Assembly: GCA_964016885.1 (NCBI GenBank)
Contig: OZ024740.1
Span: 10,168,001 to 10,232,000 of the forward strand
From: Eledone cirrhosa
Taxonomy: Eukaryota
Reading direction: 5' to 3'
DNA length: 64,000 bases
The notes beneath the pieces were generated by a model that made no database searches, was not told the origin of the DNA, and was given only the letters and a program-made list of their open reading frames with translations. Below, one piece after another: positions 26,330-40,500 of this stretch. The translations under genes were made by a program, and so were the position numbers. Each line of letters opens with the position of its first letter. Position 1 is the stretch's first letter.

Positions 26330-29300
26330 AGAGTGTATATAGGTGTTATAGTATAAAGTGTATATAGGGTTATAGTATAGAGTGTATATAGGGTTATAGT
26401 ATAGAGTGTATATAGGGTTATAGTATAGAGTGTATATAGGGTTATAGTATAAAGTGATTCTAGGGTTATAGTATAGAGTGTATATAGGGTTATAGTATAG
26501 AGTGTATATAGGGTTATAGTATAGAATGTATATAGGGTTATAGTATAGAGTATATAAAGGTGTTATAGTATAGAGTGTATATAGGTGTTATAGTATAGAG
26601 TGTATATAGGTGTTATAGTATAGAGTGTATATAGAGTTATAGTATAAAGTGTATATAGGGTTATAGTATAGAGTGTATATAGGGTTATAGTATAGAGTGT
26701 ATATAGTGTTATAGTATAGAGTGTATATAGGGTTATAGTATAAAGTGTATATAGGGTTATAGTATAGAGTGTATATAGGGTTATAGTATAAAGTGTATAT
26801 AGGATTATAGTATAGAGTGTATATAGGGTTATAGTATAGAGTGTATATAGGGTTATAGTATAGAGTGTATATAGGGTTATAGTATAGAGTGTATATAGGT
26901 GTTATAGTATAGAGTGTATATAGGTGTTATAGTATAGAGTGTATATAGGGTTATAGTATAAAGTGTATATAGGGTTATAGTATAGAGTGTATATAGGGTT
27001 ATAGTATAGAGTGTATATAGGGTTATAGTATAGAGTGTATATAGGGTTATAGTATAGAGTGTATATAGGGTTATAGTATAGAGTGTATATAGGTGTTATA
27101 GTATAGAGTGTATATAGGTGTTATAGTATAGAGTGTATATAGGGTTATAGTATAGAGTGTATAGAGGTGTTATAGTATAGAGTGTATATAGGGTTATAGT
27201 ATAGTGTGTATATAGGGTTATAGTATAGAGTGTATATAGGGTTATAGTATAGAGTGTATATAGGTGTTATAGTATAGAGTGTATATAGGTGTTATAGTAT
27301 AGAGTGTATATAGGGTTATAGTATAAAGTGTATATAGGGTTATAGTATAGAGTGTATATAGGGTTATAGTATAGAGTGTATATAGGGTTATAGTATAGAG
27401 TGTATATAGGGTTATAGTATAGAGTGTATATAGGGTTATAGTATAGAGTGTATATAGGTGTTATAGTATAGAGTGTATATAGGTGTTATAGTATAGAGTG
27501 TATATCGGTGTTATAGTATAGAGTGTATAGAGGTGTTATAGTATAGAGTGTATATAGGGTTATAGTATAGTGTGTATATAGGGTTATAGTATAGAGTGTA
27601 TATAGGGTTATAGTATAGAGTGTATATAGGTGTTATAGTATAAAGTGTATATAGGGTTATAGTATAGAGTGTATATAGGGTTATAGTATAGAGTGTATGT
27701 AGGTGTTATAGTATAGAGTGTATATAGGGTTATAGTATGGAGTGTATATAGGTGTTATAGTATAGAGTGTATATAGGTGTTATAGTATAGAGTGTATATA
27801 GGGTTATAGTATAGAATGTATATAGGGTTATAGTATAGAGTGTATATAGGGTTATAGTATAGAGTGTATATAGGTGTTATAGTATAGAGTGTATATAGGT
27901 GTTATAGTATAGAGTGTATATCGGTGTTATTGTATAGAGTATATATAGGTGTTATAGTATAGAGTATGTATAGGTGTTATAGTATAGAGTGTATATAGGT
28001 GTTATAGTATAGAGTGTATATAGGTGTTATAGTATAGAGTGTATATAGGTGTTATAGTATAGAGTGTATATAGGGTTATAGTATAGAGTATGTATAGGTG
28101 TTATAATATAGAGTGTATATAGGTGTTATAGTATAGAGTGTATATAGGGTTATAGTATAGAGTGTATATAGGGTTATAGTATAGAGTGTATATAGGGGTA
28201 TAGTATAGAGTATATATAGGTGTTATAGTATAGAGTATATATAGGTGTTATAGTATAGAGTGTATATAGGTGTTATAGTATGGAGTGTATATAGGGTTAT
28301 AGTATAGAGTGTATATAGGGTTATAGTATAGAGTGTATATAGGGTTATAGTATAGAGTGTATATAGGTGTTATAGTATAGAGTGTATATAGGTGTTATAG
28401 TATAGAGTGTATATAGGTATTATAATATAGAGTGTATGTAGGTGTTATAGTATAGAGTGTATATCGGTGTTATAGTATAGAGTATATATAGGTGTTATAG
28501 TATAGAGTGTATATAGCTGTTATAGTATAGAGTGTATATAGGGTTATAGTATAGAGTGTATATAGGTGTTATAGTATAGAGTGTATATAGGGTTACAGTA
28601 TAGAGTTTATATAGGTGTTATAGTATAGAGTGTATATAGGTGTTATAGTATAGAGTGTATATAGGTGTTATAGTATAGAGTGTATATAGGTGTTATAGTA
28701 TAAAGTGTATATAGGGTTATAGTATAGCGTGTATATAGGGTTATAGTATAGAGTGTATATAGGGTTATAGTATAGAGTGTATATAGGGTTATAGTATAAA
28801 GTGTATATAGGGTTATAGTATAGAGTGTATATAGGGTTATAGTATAGAGTGTATATAGGGTTATAGTATAGAGTGTATATAGGGTTATAGTATAGAGTAT
28901 ATATAGGTGTTATAGTATAGAGTGTATATAGGTGTTATAGTATAGAGTGTATATAGGGTTATAGTATAAAGTGTATATAGGGTTATAGTATAGAGTGTAT
29001 ATAGGGTTATAGTATAGAGTGTATATAGGGTTATAGTATAAAGTGTATATAGGGTTATAGTATAGAGTGTATATAGGGTTATAGTATAGAGTGTATATAG
29101 GGTTATAGTATAGAGTGTATATAGGGTTATAGTATAGAGTGTATATAGGTGTTATAGTATAAAGTGTATATAGGGTTATAGTATAGAGTGTATATAGGGT
29201 TATAGTATAGAGTGTATATAGGGTTATAGTATAAAGTGTATATAGGGTTATAGTATAGAGTGTATATAGGGTTATAGTATAAAGTGTATATAGGATTATA

Positions 29301-32300
29301 GTATAGAGTGTATATAGGGTTATAGTATAGAGTGTATATAGGGTTATAGTATAGAGTGTATATAGGATTATAGTATAGAGTGTATATAGGTGTTATAGTA
29401 TAGAGTGTATATAGGTGTTATAGTATAGAGTGTATATAGGGTTATAGTATAGAGTGTATATAGGGTTATAGTATAGAGTGTATATAGGGTTATAGTATAA
29501 AGTGTATATAGGATTATAGTATAGAGTGTATATAGGGTTATAGTATAGAGTGTATATAGGGTTATAGTATAGAGTGTATATAGGGTTATAGTATAGAGTG
29601 TATATAGGTGTTATAGTATAGAGTGTATATAGGTGTTATAGTATAGAGTGTATATAGGGTTATAGTATAGAGTGTATATAGGGTTATAGTATAGAGTGTA
29701 TATAGGTGTTATAGTATAAAGTGTATATAGGGTTATAGTATAGAGTGTATATAGGGTTATAGTATAGAGTGTATATAGGGTTATAGTACAGAGTGTATAT
29801 AGGGTTATAGTATAAAGTCTATATAGGGTAATAGTATAGAGTGTATATAGGGTTATAGTATAAAGTGTATATAGGGTTATAGTATAGAGTGTATATAGGT
29901 TTATAGTATAGAGTGTATATAGGGTAATAGTATAGAGTGTATATAGGTGTTATAGTATAGAGTGTATATAGGGTTATAGTATAAAGTGTATATAGGGTTA
30001 TAGTATAGAGTGTATATAGGGTTATAGTATAAAGTGTATATAGGGTTATAGTATAGAGTGTATATAGGTGTTATAGTATAGAGTGTATATAGGGTTATAG
30101 TATAAAGTGTATATAGGGTTATAGTATAGAGTGTATATAGGGTTATAGTATAGAGTGTATATAGGGTTATAGTATAGAGTGTATATAGGGTTATAGTATA
30201 AAGTGTATATAGGGTTATAGTATAGAGTGTATATAGGGTTATAGTATAGAGTGTATATAGGGTTACAGTATAGAGTGTATATAGGGTTATAGTATAGAGT
30301 GTATATAGGTGTTATAGTATAGAGTGTATATAGGTGTTATAGTATAGAGTGTATATAGAGTTATGGTATAAAGTGTATATAGGGTTATAGTATAGAGTGT
30401 ATATAGGGTTATAGTATAGAGTGTATATAGGGTTATATTATAGAGTGTATATAGGGTTATAGTATAAAGTGTATATAGGGTTATAGTATAGAGTGTATAT
30501 GGGGTTATAGTATAAAGTGTATATAGGATTATAGTATAGAGTGTATATAGGGTTATAGTATAGAGTGTATATAGGGTTATAGTATAGAGTGTATATAGGG
30601 TTATAGTATAGAGTGTATATAGGTGTTATAATATAGAGTGTATATACGTGTTATAGTATAGAGTGTATATAGGGTTATAGTATAAAGTGTATATAGGGTT
30701 ATAGTATAGAGTGTATATAGGGTTATAGTATAGAGTGTATATAGGGTTATAGTATAGAGTGTATATAGGTGTTATAGTATAGAGTGTATATAGGTGTTAT
30801 AGTATAGAGTGTATATCGGTGTTATAGTATAGAGTGTATATAGGTGTTATAGTATAGAGTGTATATCGGTGTTATAGCATAGAGTGTATATAGGTGTTAT
30901 AGTATAGAGTGTATATAGGGTTAGAGTATAGAGTGTATATAGGTGTTATAGTATAGAGTGTATGTAGGTGTTATAGTATAGAGTGTATATAGGGTTATAG
31001 TATAGAATGTATATAGGTGTTATAGTATAGAGTGTATATAGGGTTAGAGTATAGAGTGTATATAGGGTTATAGTATAGAGTGTATATAGGTGTTATAGTA
31101 TAGAGTGTATATAGGTGTTATAGTATAGAGTGTATATCGGTGTTATTGTATAGAGTATATATAGGTGTCATAGTATAGAGTGTATGTAGGTGTTATAGTA
31201 TAGAGTGTATATAGGTGTTATAGTATAGAGTTTATATAGGGTTATAGTATAGAGTTTATATAGGTGTTATAGTATAGAGTGTATATAGGTGTTATAGTAT
31301 AGAGTGTATATCGGTGTTATAGTATAGAGTATATATAGGTGTTATAATATAGAGTATATATAGGGTTATAGTATAGAGTGTATATAGGTGTTATAGTATA
31401 GAGTTTATGTAGGGGGTATAGTATAGAGTATATATAGGTGTTATAGTATAGAGTATATATAGGTGTTATAGTATAGAGTGTATATAGGTGTTATAGTATG
31501 GAGTGTATATAGGGTTATAGTATAGAGTGTATATAGGTGTTATAATATAGAGTGTATATAGGTGTTATAGTATAGAGTATATATAGGTGTTATAGTATAG
31601 AGTGTATATAAGTGTTATAGTATAGAGTGTATATAGGTGTTATAGTATAGAGTGTATATAGGGTTATAGTATAGAGTGTATATATGGTTATAGTATAGAG
31701 TGTATATAAGTGTTATAGTATAGAGTGTATATAGGGTTATAGTATAAAGTGTATATAGGGTTATAGTATAGAGTGTATATAGGGTTATAGTATAGAGTGT
31801 ATATAGGTGTTATAGTATAGAGTGTATATAGGTGTTATAGTATAGAGTATATATAGGTGTTATAATATAGTGTATATATAGGTGTTATAGTATAGAGTGT
31901 ATATAGGGTTATAGTATAGAGTGTATATAGGTGTCATAGTATAGAGTGTATATAGGTGTTATAGTATAGAGTGTGTATAGGTGTTATAGTATAGAGTGTA
32001 TATAGGTGTTATAGTATAGAGTGTATATAGGTGTTATAGTATAGAGTGTATATAGGGTTATAGTATAGAGTGTATATAGGGTTATAGTATAGAGTGTATA
32101 TAGGTGTTATAGTATATAGTGTATATAGGGTTATAGTATAGAGTGTATATAGGGTTATAGTATAGAGTGTATATAGGTGTTATAGTATAGAGTGTATATC
32201 GGGTTATAGTATAGAGTGTATATAGGTTATAGTATAGAGTGTATATAGGTGTTATAGTATAGAGTGTATATAGGTGTTATAGTATAGAGTGTATATAGGG

Positions 32301-35300
32301 TTATAGTATAGAGTGTATATAGGGTTATAATATAGAGTGTATATAGGTGTTATAGTATAGAGTGTATATAGGTGTTATAGTATAGAGTGTATATAGGGTT
32401 ATAGTATAGAGTGTATATAGGGTTATAGTATAGAGTGTATATAGGTGTTATAGTATATAGTGTATATAGGGTTATAGTATAGAGTGTATATAGGGTTATA
32501 GTATAGAGTGTATATAGGTGTATAGTATAGAGTGTATATAGGGTTATAGTATAGAGTGTATATAGGGTTATAGTATAAAGTGTATATAGGGTTATAGTAT
32601 AGAGTGTATATAGGGTTATAGTATAGAGTGTATATAGGGTTATAGTATAGAGTGTATATAGGTGTTATAGTATAGAGTATATATAGGTGTTATAGTATAG
32701 AGTGTATATAGGTGTTATAGTATAAAGTGTATATAGGATTATAGTATAGAGTGTATATAGGGTTATAGTATAGAGTGTATATAGGGTTATAGTATAGAGT
32801 GTATATAGGATTATAGTATAAAGTGTATATAGGGTTATAGTATAGAGTGTATATAGGTGTTATAGTATAGAATGTATATAGGGTTATAGTATAAAGTGTA
32901 TATAGGGTTATAGTATAGAGTGTATATAGGTGTTATAATATAGAGTGTATATAGGGTTATAGTATAGAGTGTATATAGGTGTTATAGTATAGAGTGTATA
33001 TAGGTGTTATAGTATAGAGTGTATATACGTGTTATAGTAGTGTGTATAGGTGTTATAGTATAGAGTGTATATAGGTGTTATAGTATAGAGTGTATATAGG
33101 TGTTATAGTATAGAGTGTATATAGGTGTTATAGTATAGAGTGTATATAGGTGTTATAGTATAGAGTGTATATAGGTGTTATAGTATAGAGTGTGTATAGG
33201 TGTTATAGTATAGAGTGTATATAGGTGTTATAGTATAGAGTGTATATAGGTGTTATAGTATAGAGTGTATATAGGTGTTATAGTATAGAGTGTATATAGG
33301 TGTTATAGTATAGAGTGTATATAGGTGTTATAGTATAGAGTGTATATAGGTGTTATAGTATAGAGTGTATATAGGTGTTATAGTATAGAGTGTATATAGG
33401 TGTTATAGTATAGAGTGTATATAGGTGTTATAGTATAAAGTGTATATAGGGTTATAGTATAGAGTGTATATAGGGTTATAGTATAGAGTGTATATAGGGT
33501 TATAGTATAGAGTGTATATAGGGTTATAGTATAAAGTGATTCTAGGGTTATAGTATAGAGTGTATATAGGGTTATAGTATAGAGTGTATATAGGGTTATA
33601 GTATAGAGTGTATATAGGGTTATAGTATAGAGTATATAAAGGTGTTATAGTATAGAGTGTATATAGGTGTTATAGTATAGAGTGTATATAGGTGTTATAG
33701 TATAGAGTGTATATAGAGTTATAGTATAAAGTGTATATAGGGTTATAGTATAGAGTGTATATAGGGTTATAGTATAGAGTGTATATAGTGTTATAGTATA
33801 GAGTGTATATAGGGTTATAGTATAAAGTGTATATAGGGTTATAGTATAGAGTGTATATAGGGTTATAGTATAAAGTGTATATAGGATTATAGTATAGAGT
33901 GTATATAGGGTTATAGTATAGAGTGTATATAGGGTTATAGTATAGAGTGTATATAGGGTTATAGTATAGAGTGTATATAGGTGTTATAGTATAGAGTGTA
34001 TATAGGTGTTATAGTATAGAGTGTATATAGGGTTATAGTATAAAGTGTATATAGGGTTATAGTATAGAGTGTATATAGGGTTATAGTATAGAGTGTATAT
34101 AGGGTTATAGTATAGAGTGTATATAGGGTTATAGTATAGAGTGTATATAGGGTTATAGTATAGAGTGTATATAGGTGTTATAGTATAGAGTGTATATAGG
34201 TGTTATAGTATAGAGTGTATATAGGGTTATAGTATAGAGTGTATAGAGGTGTTATAGTATAGAGTGTATATAGGGTTATAGTATAGTGTGTATATAGGGT
34301 TATAGTATAGAGTGTATATAGGGTTATAGTATAGAGTGTATATAGGTGTTATAGTATAGAGTGTATATAGGTGTTATAGTATAGAGTGTATATAGGGTTA
34401 TAGTATAAAGTGTATATAGGGTTATAGTATAGAGTGTATATAGGGTTATAGTATAGAGTGTATATAGGGTTATAGTATAGAGTGTATATAGGGTTATAGT
34501 ATAGAGTGTATATAGGGTTATAGTATAGAGTGTATATAGGTGTTATAGTATAGAGTGTATATAGGTGTTATAGTATAGAGTGTATATCGGTGTTATAGTA
34601 TAGAGTGTATAGAGGTGTTATAGTATAGAGTGTATATAGGGTTATAGTATAGTGTGTATATAGGGTTATAGTATAGAGTGTATATAGGGTTATAGTATAG
34701 AGTGTATATAGGTGTTATAGTATAAAGTGTATATAGGGTTATAGTATAGAGTGTATATAGGGTTATAGTATAGAGTGTATGTAGGTGTTATAGTATAGAG
34801 TGTATATAGGGTTATAGTATGGAGTGTATATAGGTGTTATAGTATAGAGTGTATATAGGTGTTATAGTATAGAGTGTATATAGGGTTATAGTATAGAATG
34901 TATATAGGGTTATAGTATAGAGTGTATATAGGGTTATAGTATAGAGTGTATATAGGTGTTATAGTATAGAGTGTATATAGGTGTTATAGTATAGAGTGTA
35001 TATCGGTGTTATTGTATAGAGTATATATAGGTGTTATAGTATAGAGTATGTATAGGTGTTATAGTATAGAGTGTATATAGGTGTTATAGTATAGAGTGTA
35101 TATAGGTGTTATAGTATAGAGTGTATATAGGTGTTATAGTATAGAGTGTATATAGGGTTATAGTATAGAGTATGTATAGGTGTTATAATATAGAGTGTAT
35201 ATAGGTGTTATAGTATAGAGTGTATATAGGGTTATAGTATAGAGTGTATATAGGGTTATAGTATAGAGTGTATATAGGGGTATAGTATAGAGTATATATA

Positions 35301-38300
35301 GGTGTTATAGTATAGAGTATATATAGGTGTTATAGTATAGAGTGTATATAGGTGTTATAGTATGGAGTGTATATAGGGTTATAGTATAGAGTGTATATAG
35401 GGTTATAGTATAGAGTGTATATAGGGTTATAGTATAGAGTGTATATAGGTGTTATAGTATAGAGTGTATATAGGTGTTATAGTATAGAGTGTATATAGGT
35501 ATTATAATATAGAGTGTATGTAGGTGTTATAGTATAGAGTGTATATCGGTGTTATAGTATAGAGTATATATAGGTGTTATAGTATAGAGTGTATATAGCT
35601 GTTATAGTATAGAGTGTATATAGGGTTATAGTATAGAGTGTATATAGGTGTTATAGTATAGAGTGTATATAGGGTTACAGTATAGAGTTTATATAGGTGT
35701 TATAGTATAGAGTGTATATAGGTGTTATAGTATAGAGTGTATATAGGTGTTATAGTATAGAGTGTATATAGGTGTTATAGTATAAAGTGTATATAGGGTT
35801 ATAGTATAGCGTGTATATAGGGTTATAGTATAGAGTGTATATAGGGTTATAGTATAGAGTGTATATAGGGTTATAGTATAAAGTGTATATAGGGTTATAG
35901 TATAGAGTGTATATAGGGTTATAGTATAGAGTGTATATAGGGTTATAGTATAGAGTGTATATAGGGTTATAGTATAGAGTATATATAGGTGTTATAGTAT
36001 AGAGTGTATATAGGTGTTATAGTATAGAGTGTATATAGGGTTATAGTATAAAGTGTATATAGGGTTATAGTATAGAGTGTATATAGGGTTATAGTATAGA
36101 GTGTATATAGGGTTATAGTATAAAGTGTATATAGGGTTATAGTATAGAGTGTATATAGGGTTATAGTATAGAGTGTATATAGGGTTATAGTATAGAGTGT
36201 ATATAGGTGTTATAGTATAAAGTGTATATAGGGTTATAGTATAGAGTGTATATAGGGTTATAGTATAGAGTGTATATAGGGTTATAGTATAAAGTGTATA
36301 TAGGGTTATAGTATAGAGTGTATATAGGGTTATAGTATAAAGTGTATATAGGATTATAGTATAGAGTGTATATAGGGTTATAGTATAGAGTGTATATAGG
36401 GTTATAGTATAGAGTGTATATAGGATTATAGTATAGAGTGTATATAGGTGTTATAGTATAGAGTGTATATAGGTGTTATAGTATAGAGTGTATATAGGGT
36501 TATAGTATAGAGTGTATATAGGGTTATAGTATAGAGTGTATATAGGGTTATAGTATAAAGTGTATATAGGATTATAGTATAGAGTGTATATAGGGTTATA
36601 GTATAGAGTGTATATAGGGTTATAGTATAGAGTGTATATAGGGTTATAGTATAGAGTGTATATAGGTGTTATAGTATAGAGTGTATATAGGTGTTATAGT
36701 ATAGAGTGTATATAGGGTTATAGTATAGAGTGTATATAGGGTTATAGTATAGAGTGTATATAGGTGTTATAGTATAAAGTGTATATAGGGTTATAGTATA
36801 GAGTGTATATAGGGTTATAGTATAGAGTGTATATAGGGTTATAGTACAGAGTGTATATAGGGTTATAGTATAAAGTCTATATAGGGTAATAGTATAGAGT
36901 GTATATAGGGTTATAGTATAAAGTGTATATAGGGTTATAGTATAGAGTGTATATAGGTTTATAGTATAGAGTGTATATAGGGTAATAGTATAGAGTGTAT
37001 ATAGGTGTTATAGTATAGAGTGTATATAGGGTTATAGTATAAAGTGTATATAGGGTTATAGTATAGAGTGTATATAGGGTTATAGTATAAAGTGTATATA
37101 GGGTTATAGTATAGAGTGTATATAGGTGTTATAGTATAGAGTGTATATAGGGTTATAGTATAAAGTGTATATAGGGTTATAGTATAGAGTGTATATAGGG
37201 TTATAGTATAGAGTGTATATAGGGTTATAGTATAGAGTGTATATAGGGTTATAGTATAAAGTGTATATAGGGTTATAGTATAGAGTGTATATAGGGTTAT
37301 AGTATAGAGTGTATATAGGGTTACAGTATAGAGTGTATATAGGGTTATAGTATAGAGTGTATATAGGTGTTATAGTATAGAGTGTATATAGGTGTTATAG
37401 TATAGAGTGTATATAGAGTTATGGTATAAAGTGTATATAGGGTTATAGTATAGAGTGTATATAGGGTTATAGTATAGAGTGTATATAGGGTTATATTATA
37501 GAGTGTATATAGGGTTATAGTATAAAGTGTATATAGGGTTATAGTATAGAGTGTATATGGGGTTATAGTATAAAGTGTATATAGGATTATAGTATAGAGT
37601 GTATATAGGGTTATAGTATAGAGTGTATATAGGGTTATAGTATAGAGTGTATATAGGGTTATAGTATAGAGTGTATATAGGTGTTATAATATAGAGTGTA
37701 TATACGTGTTATAGTATAGAGTGTATATAGGGTTATAGTATAAAGTGTATATAGGGTTATAGTATAGAGTGTATATAGGGTTATAGTATAGAGTGTATAT
37801 AGGGTTATAGTATAGAGTGTATATAGGTGTTATAGTATAGAGTGTATATAGGTGTTATAGTATAGAGTGTATATCGGTGTTATAGTATAGAGTGTATATA
37901 GGTGTTATAGTATAGAGTGTATATCGGTGTTATAGCATAGAGTGTATATAGGTGTTATAGTATAGAGTGTATATAGGGTTAGAGTATAGAGTGTATATAG
38001 GTGTTATAGTATAGAGTGTATGTAGGTGTTATAGTATAGAGTGTATATAGGGTTATAGTATAGAATGTATATAGGTGTTATAGTATAGAGTGTATATAGG
38101 TGTTATAGTATAGAGTGTATATAGGGTTAGAGTATAGAGTGTATATAGGGTTATAGTATAGAGTGTATATAGGTGTTATAGTATAGAGTGTATATAGGTG
38201 TTATAGTATAGAGTGTATATCGGTGTTATTGTATAGAGTATATATAGGTGTCATAGTATAGAGTGTATGTAGGTGTTATAGTATAGAGTGTATATAGGTG

Positions 38301-40500
38301 TTATAGTATAGAGTTTATATAGGGTTATAGTATAGAGTTTATATAGGTGTTATAGTATAGAGTGTATATAGGTGTTATAGTATAGAGTGTATATCGGTGT
38401 TATAGTATAGAGTATATATAGGTGTTATAATATAGAGTATATATAGGGTTATAGTATAGAGTGTATATAGGTGTTATAGTATAGAGTTTATGTAGGGGGT
38501 ATAGTATAGAGTATATATAGGTGTTATAGTATAGAGTATATATAGGTGTTATAGTATAGAGTGTATATAGGTGTTATAGTATGGAGTGTATATAGGGTTA
38601 TAGTATAGAGTGTATATAGGTGTTATAATATAGAGTGTATATAGGTGTTATAGTATAGAGTATATATAGGTGTTATAGTATAGAGTGTATATAAGTGTTA
38701 TAGTATAGAGTGTATATAGGTGTTATAGTATAGAGTGTATATAGGGTTATAGTATAGAGTGTATATATGGTTATAGTATAGAGTGTATATAAGTGTTATA
38801 GTATAGAGTGTATATAGGGTTATAGTATAAAGTGTATATAGGGTTATAGTATAGAGTGTATATAGGGTTATAGTATAGAGTGTATATAGGTGTTATAGTA
38901 TAGAGTGTATATAGGTGTTATAGTATAGAGTATATATAGGTGTTATAATATAGTGTATATATAGGTGTTATAGTATAGAGTGTATATAGGGTTATAGTAT
39001 AGAGTGTATATAGGTGTCATAGTATAGAGTGTATATAGGTGTTATAGTATAGAGTGTGTATAGGTGTTATAGTATAGAGTGTATATAGGTGTTATAGTAT
39101 AGAGTGTATATAGGTGTTATAGTATAGAGTGTATATAGGGTTATAGTATAGAGTGTATATAGGGTTATAGTATAGAGTGTATATAGGTGTTATAGTATAT
39201 AGTGTATATAGGGTTATAGTATAGAGTGTATATAGGGTTATAGTATAGAGTGTATATAGGTGTTATAGTATAGAGTGTATATCGGGTTATAGTATAGAGT
39301 GTATATAGGTTATAGTATAGAGTGTATATAGGTGTTATAGTATAGAGTGTATATAGGTGTTATAGTATAGAGTGTATATAGGGTTATAGTATAGAGTGTA
39401 TATAGGGTTATAATATAGAGTGTATATAGGTGTTATAGTATAGAGTGTATATAGGTGTTATAGTATAGAGTGTATATAGGGTTATAGTATAGAGTGTATA
39501 TAGGGTTATAGTATAGAGTGTATATAGGTGTTATAGTATATAGTGTATATAGGGTTATAGTATAGAGTGTATATAGGGTTATAGTATAGAGTGTATATAG
39601 GTGTATAGTATAGAGTGTATATAGGGTTATAGTATAGAGTGTATATAGGGTTATAGTATAAAGTGTATATAGGGTTATAGTATAGAGTGTATATAGGGTT
39701 ATAGTATAGAGTGTATATAGGGTTATAGTATAGAGTGTATATAGGTGTTATAGTATAGAGTATATATAGGTGTTATAGTATAGAGTGTATATAGGTGTTA
39801 TAGTATAAAGTGTATATAGGATTATAGTATAGAGTGTATATAGGGTTATAGTATAGAGTGTATATAGGGTTATAGTATAGAGTGTATATAGGATTATAGT
39901 ATAAAGTGTATATAGGGTTATAGTATAGAGTGTATATAGGTGTTATAGTATAGAATGTATATAGGGTTATAGTATAAAGTGTATATAGGGTTATAGTATA
40001 GAGTGTATATAGGTGTTATAATATAGAGTGTATATAGGGTTATAGTATAGAGTGTATATAGGTGTTATAGTATAGAGTGTATATAGGTGTTATAGTATAG
40101 AGTGTATATACGTGTTATAGTAGTGTGTATAGGTGTTATAGTATAGAGTGTATATAGGTGTTATAGTATAGAGTGTATATAGGTGTTATAGTATAGAGTG
40201 TATATAGGTGTTATAGTATAGAGTGTATATAGGTGTTATAGTATAGAGTGTATATAGGTGTTATAGTATAGAGTGTGTATAGGTGTTATAGTATAGAGTG
40301 TATATAGGTGTTATAGTATAGAGTGTATATAGGTGTTATAGTATAGAGTGTATATAGGTGTTATAGTATAGAGTGTATATAGGTGTTATAGTATAGAGTG
40401 TATATAGGTGTTATAGTATAGAGTGTATATAGGTGTTATAGTATAGAGTGTATATAGGTGTTATAGTATAGAGTGTATATAGGTGTTATAGTATAGAGTG
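26330..40500. repeat. Higher-order tandem duplication, 2 x ~7.08 kb
   Basis: GATTCT 26456/33538 and GCTGT 28516/35598 (offset 7082), GTCT 29817/36875 (7058), ACGT 33027/40110 (7083). Boundaries are approximate. Confidence 0.92.
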
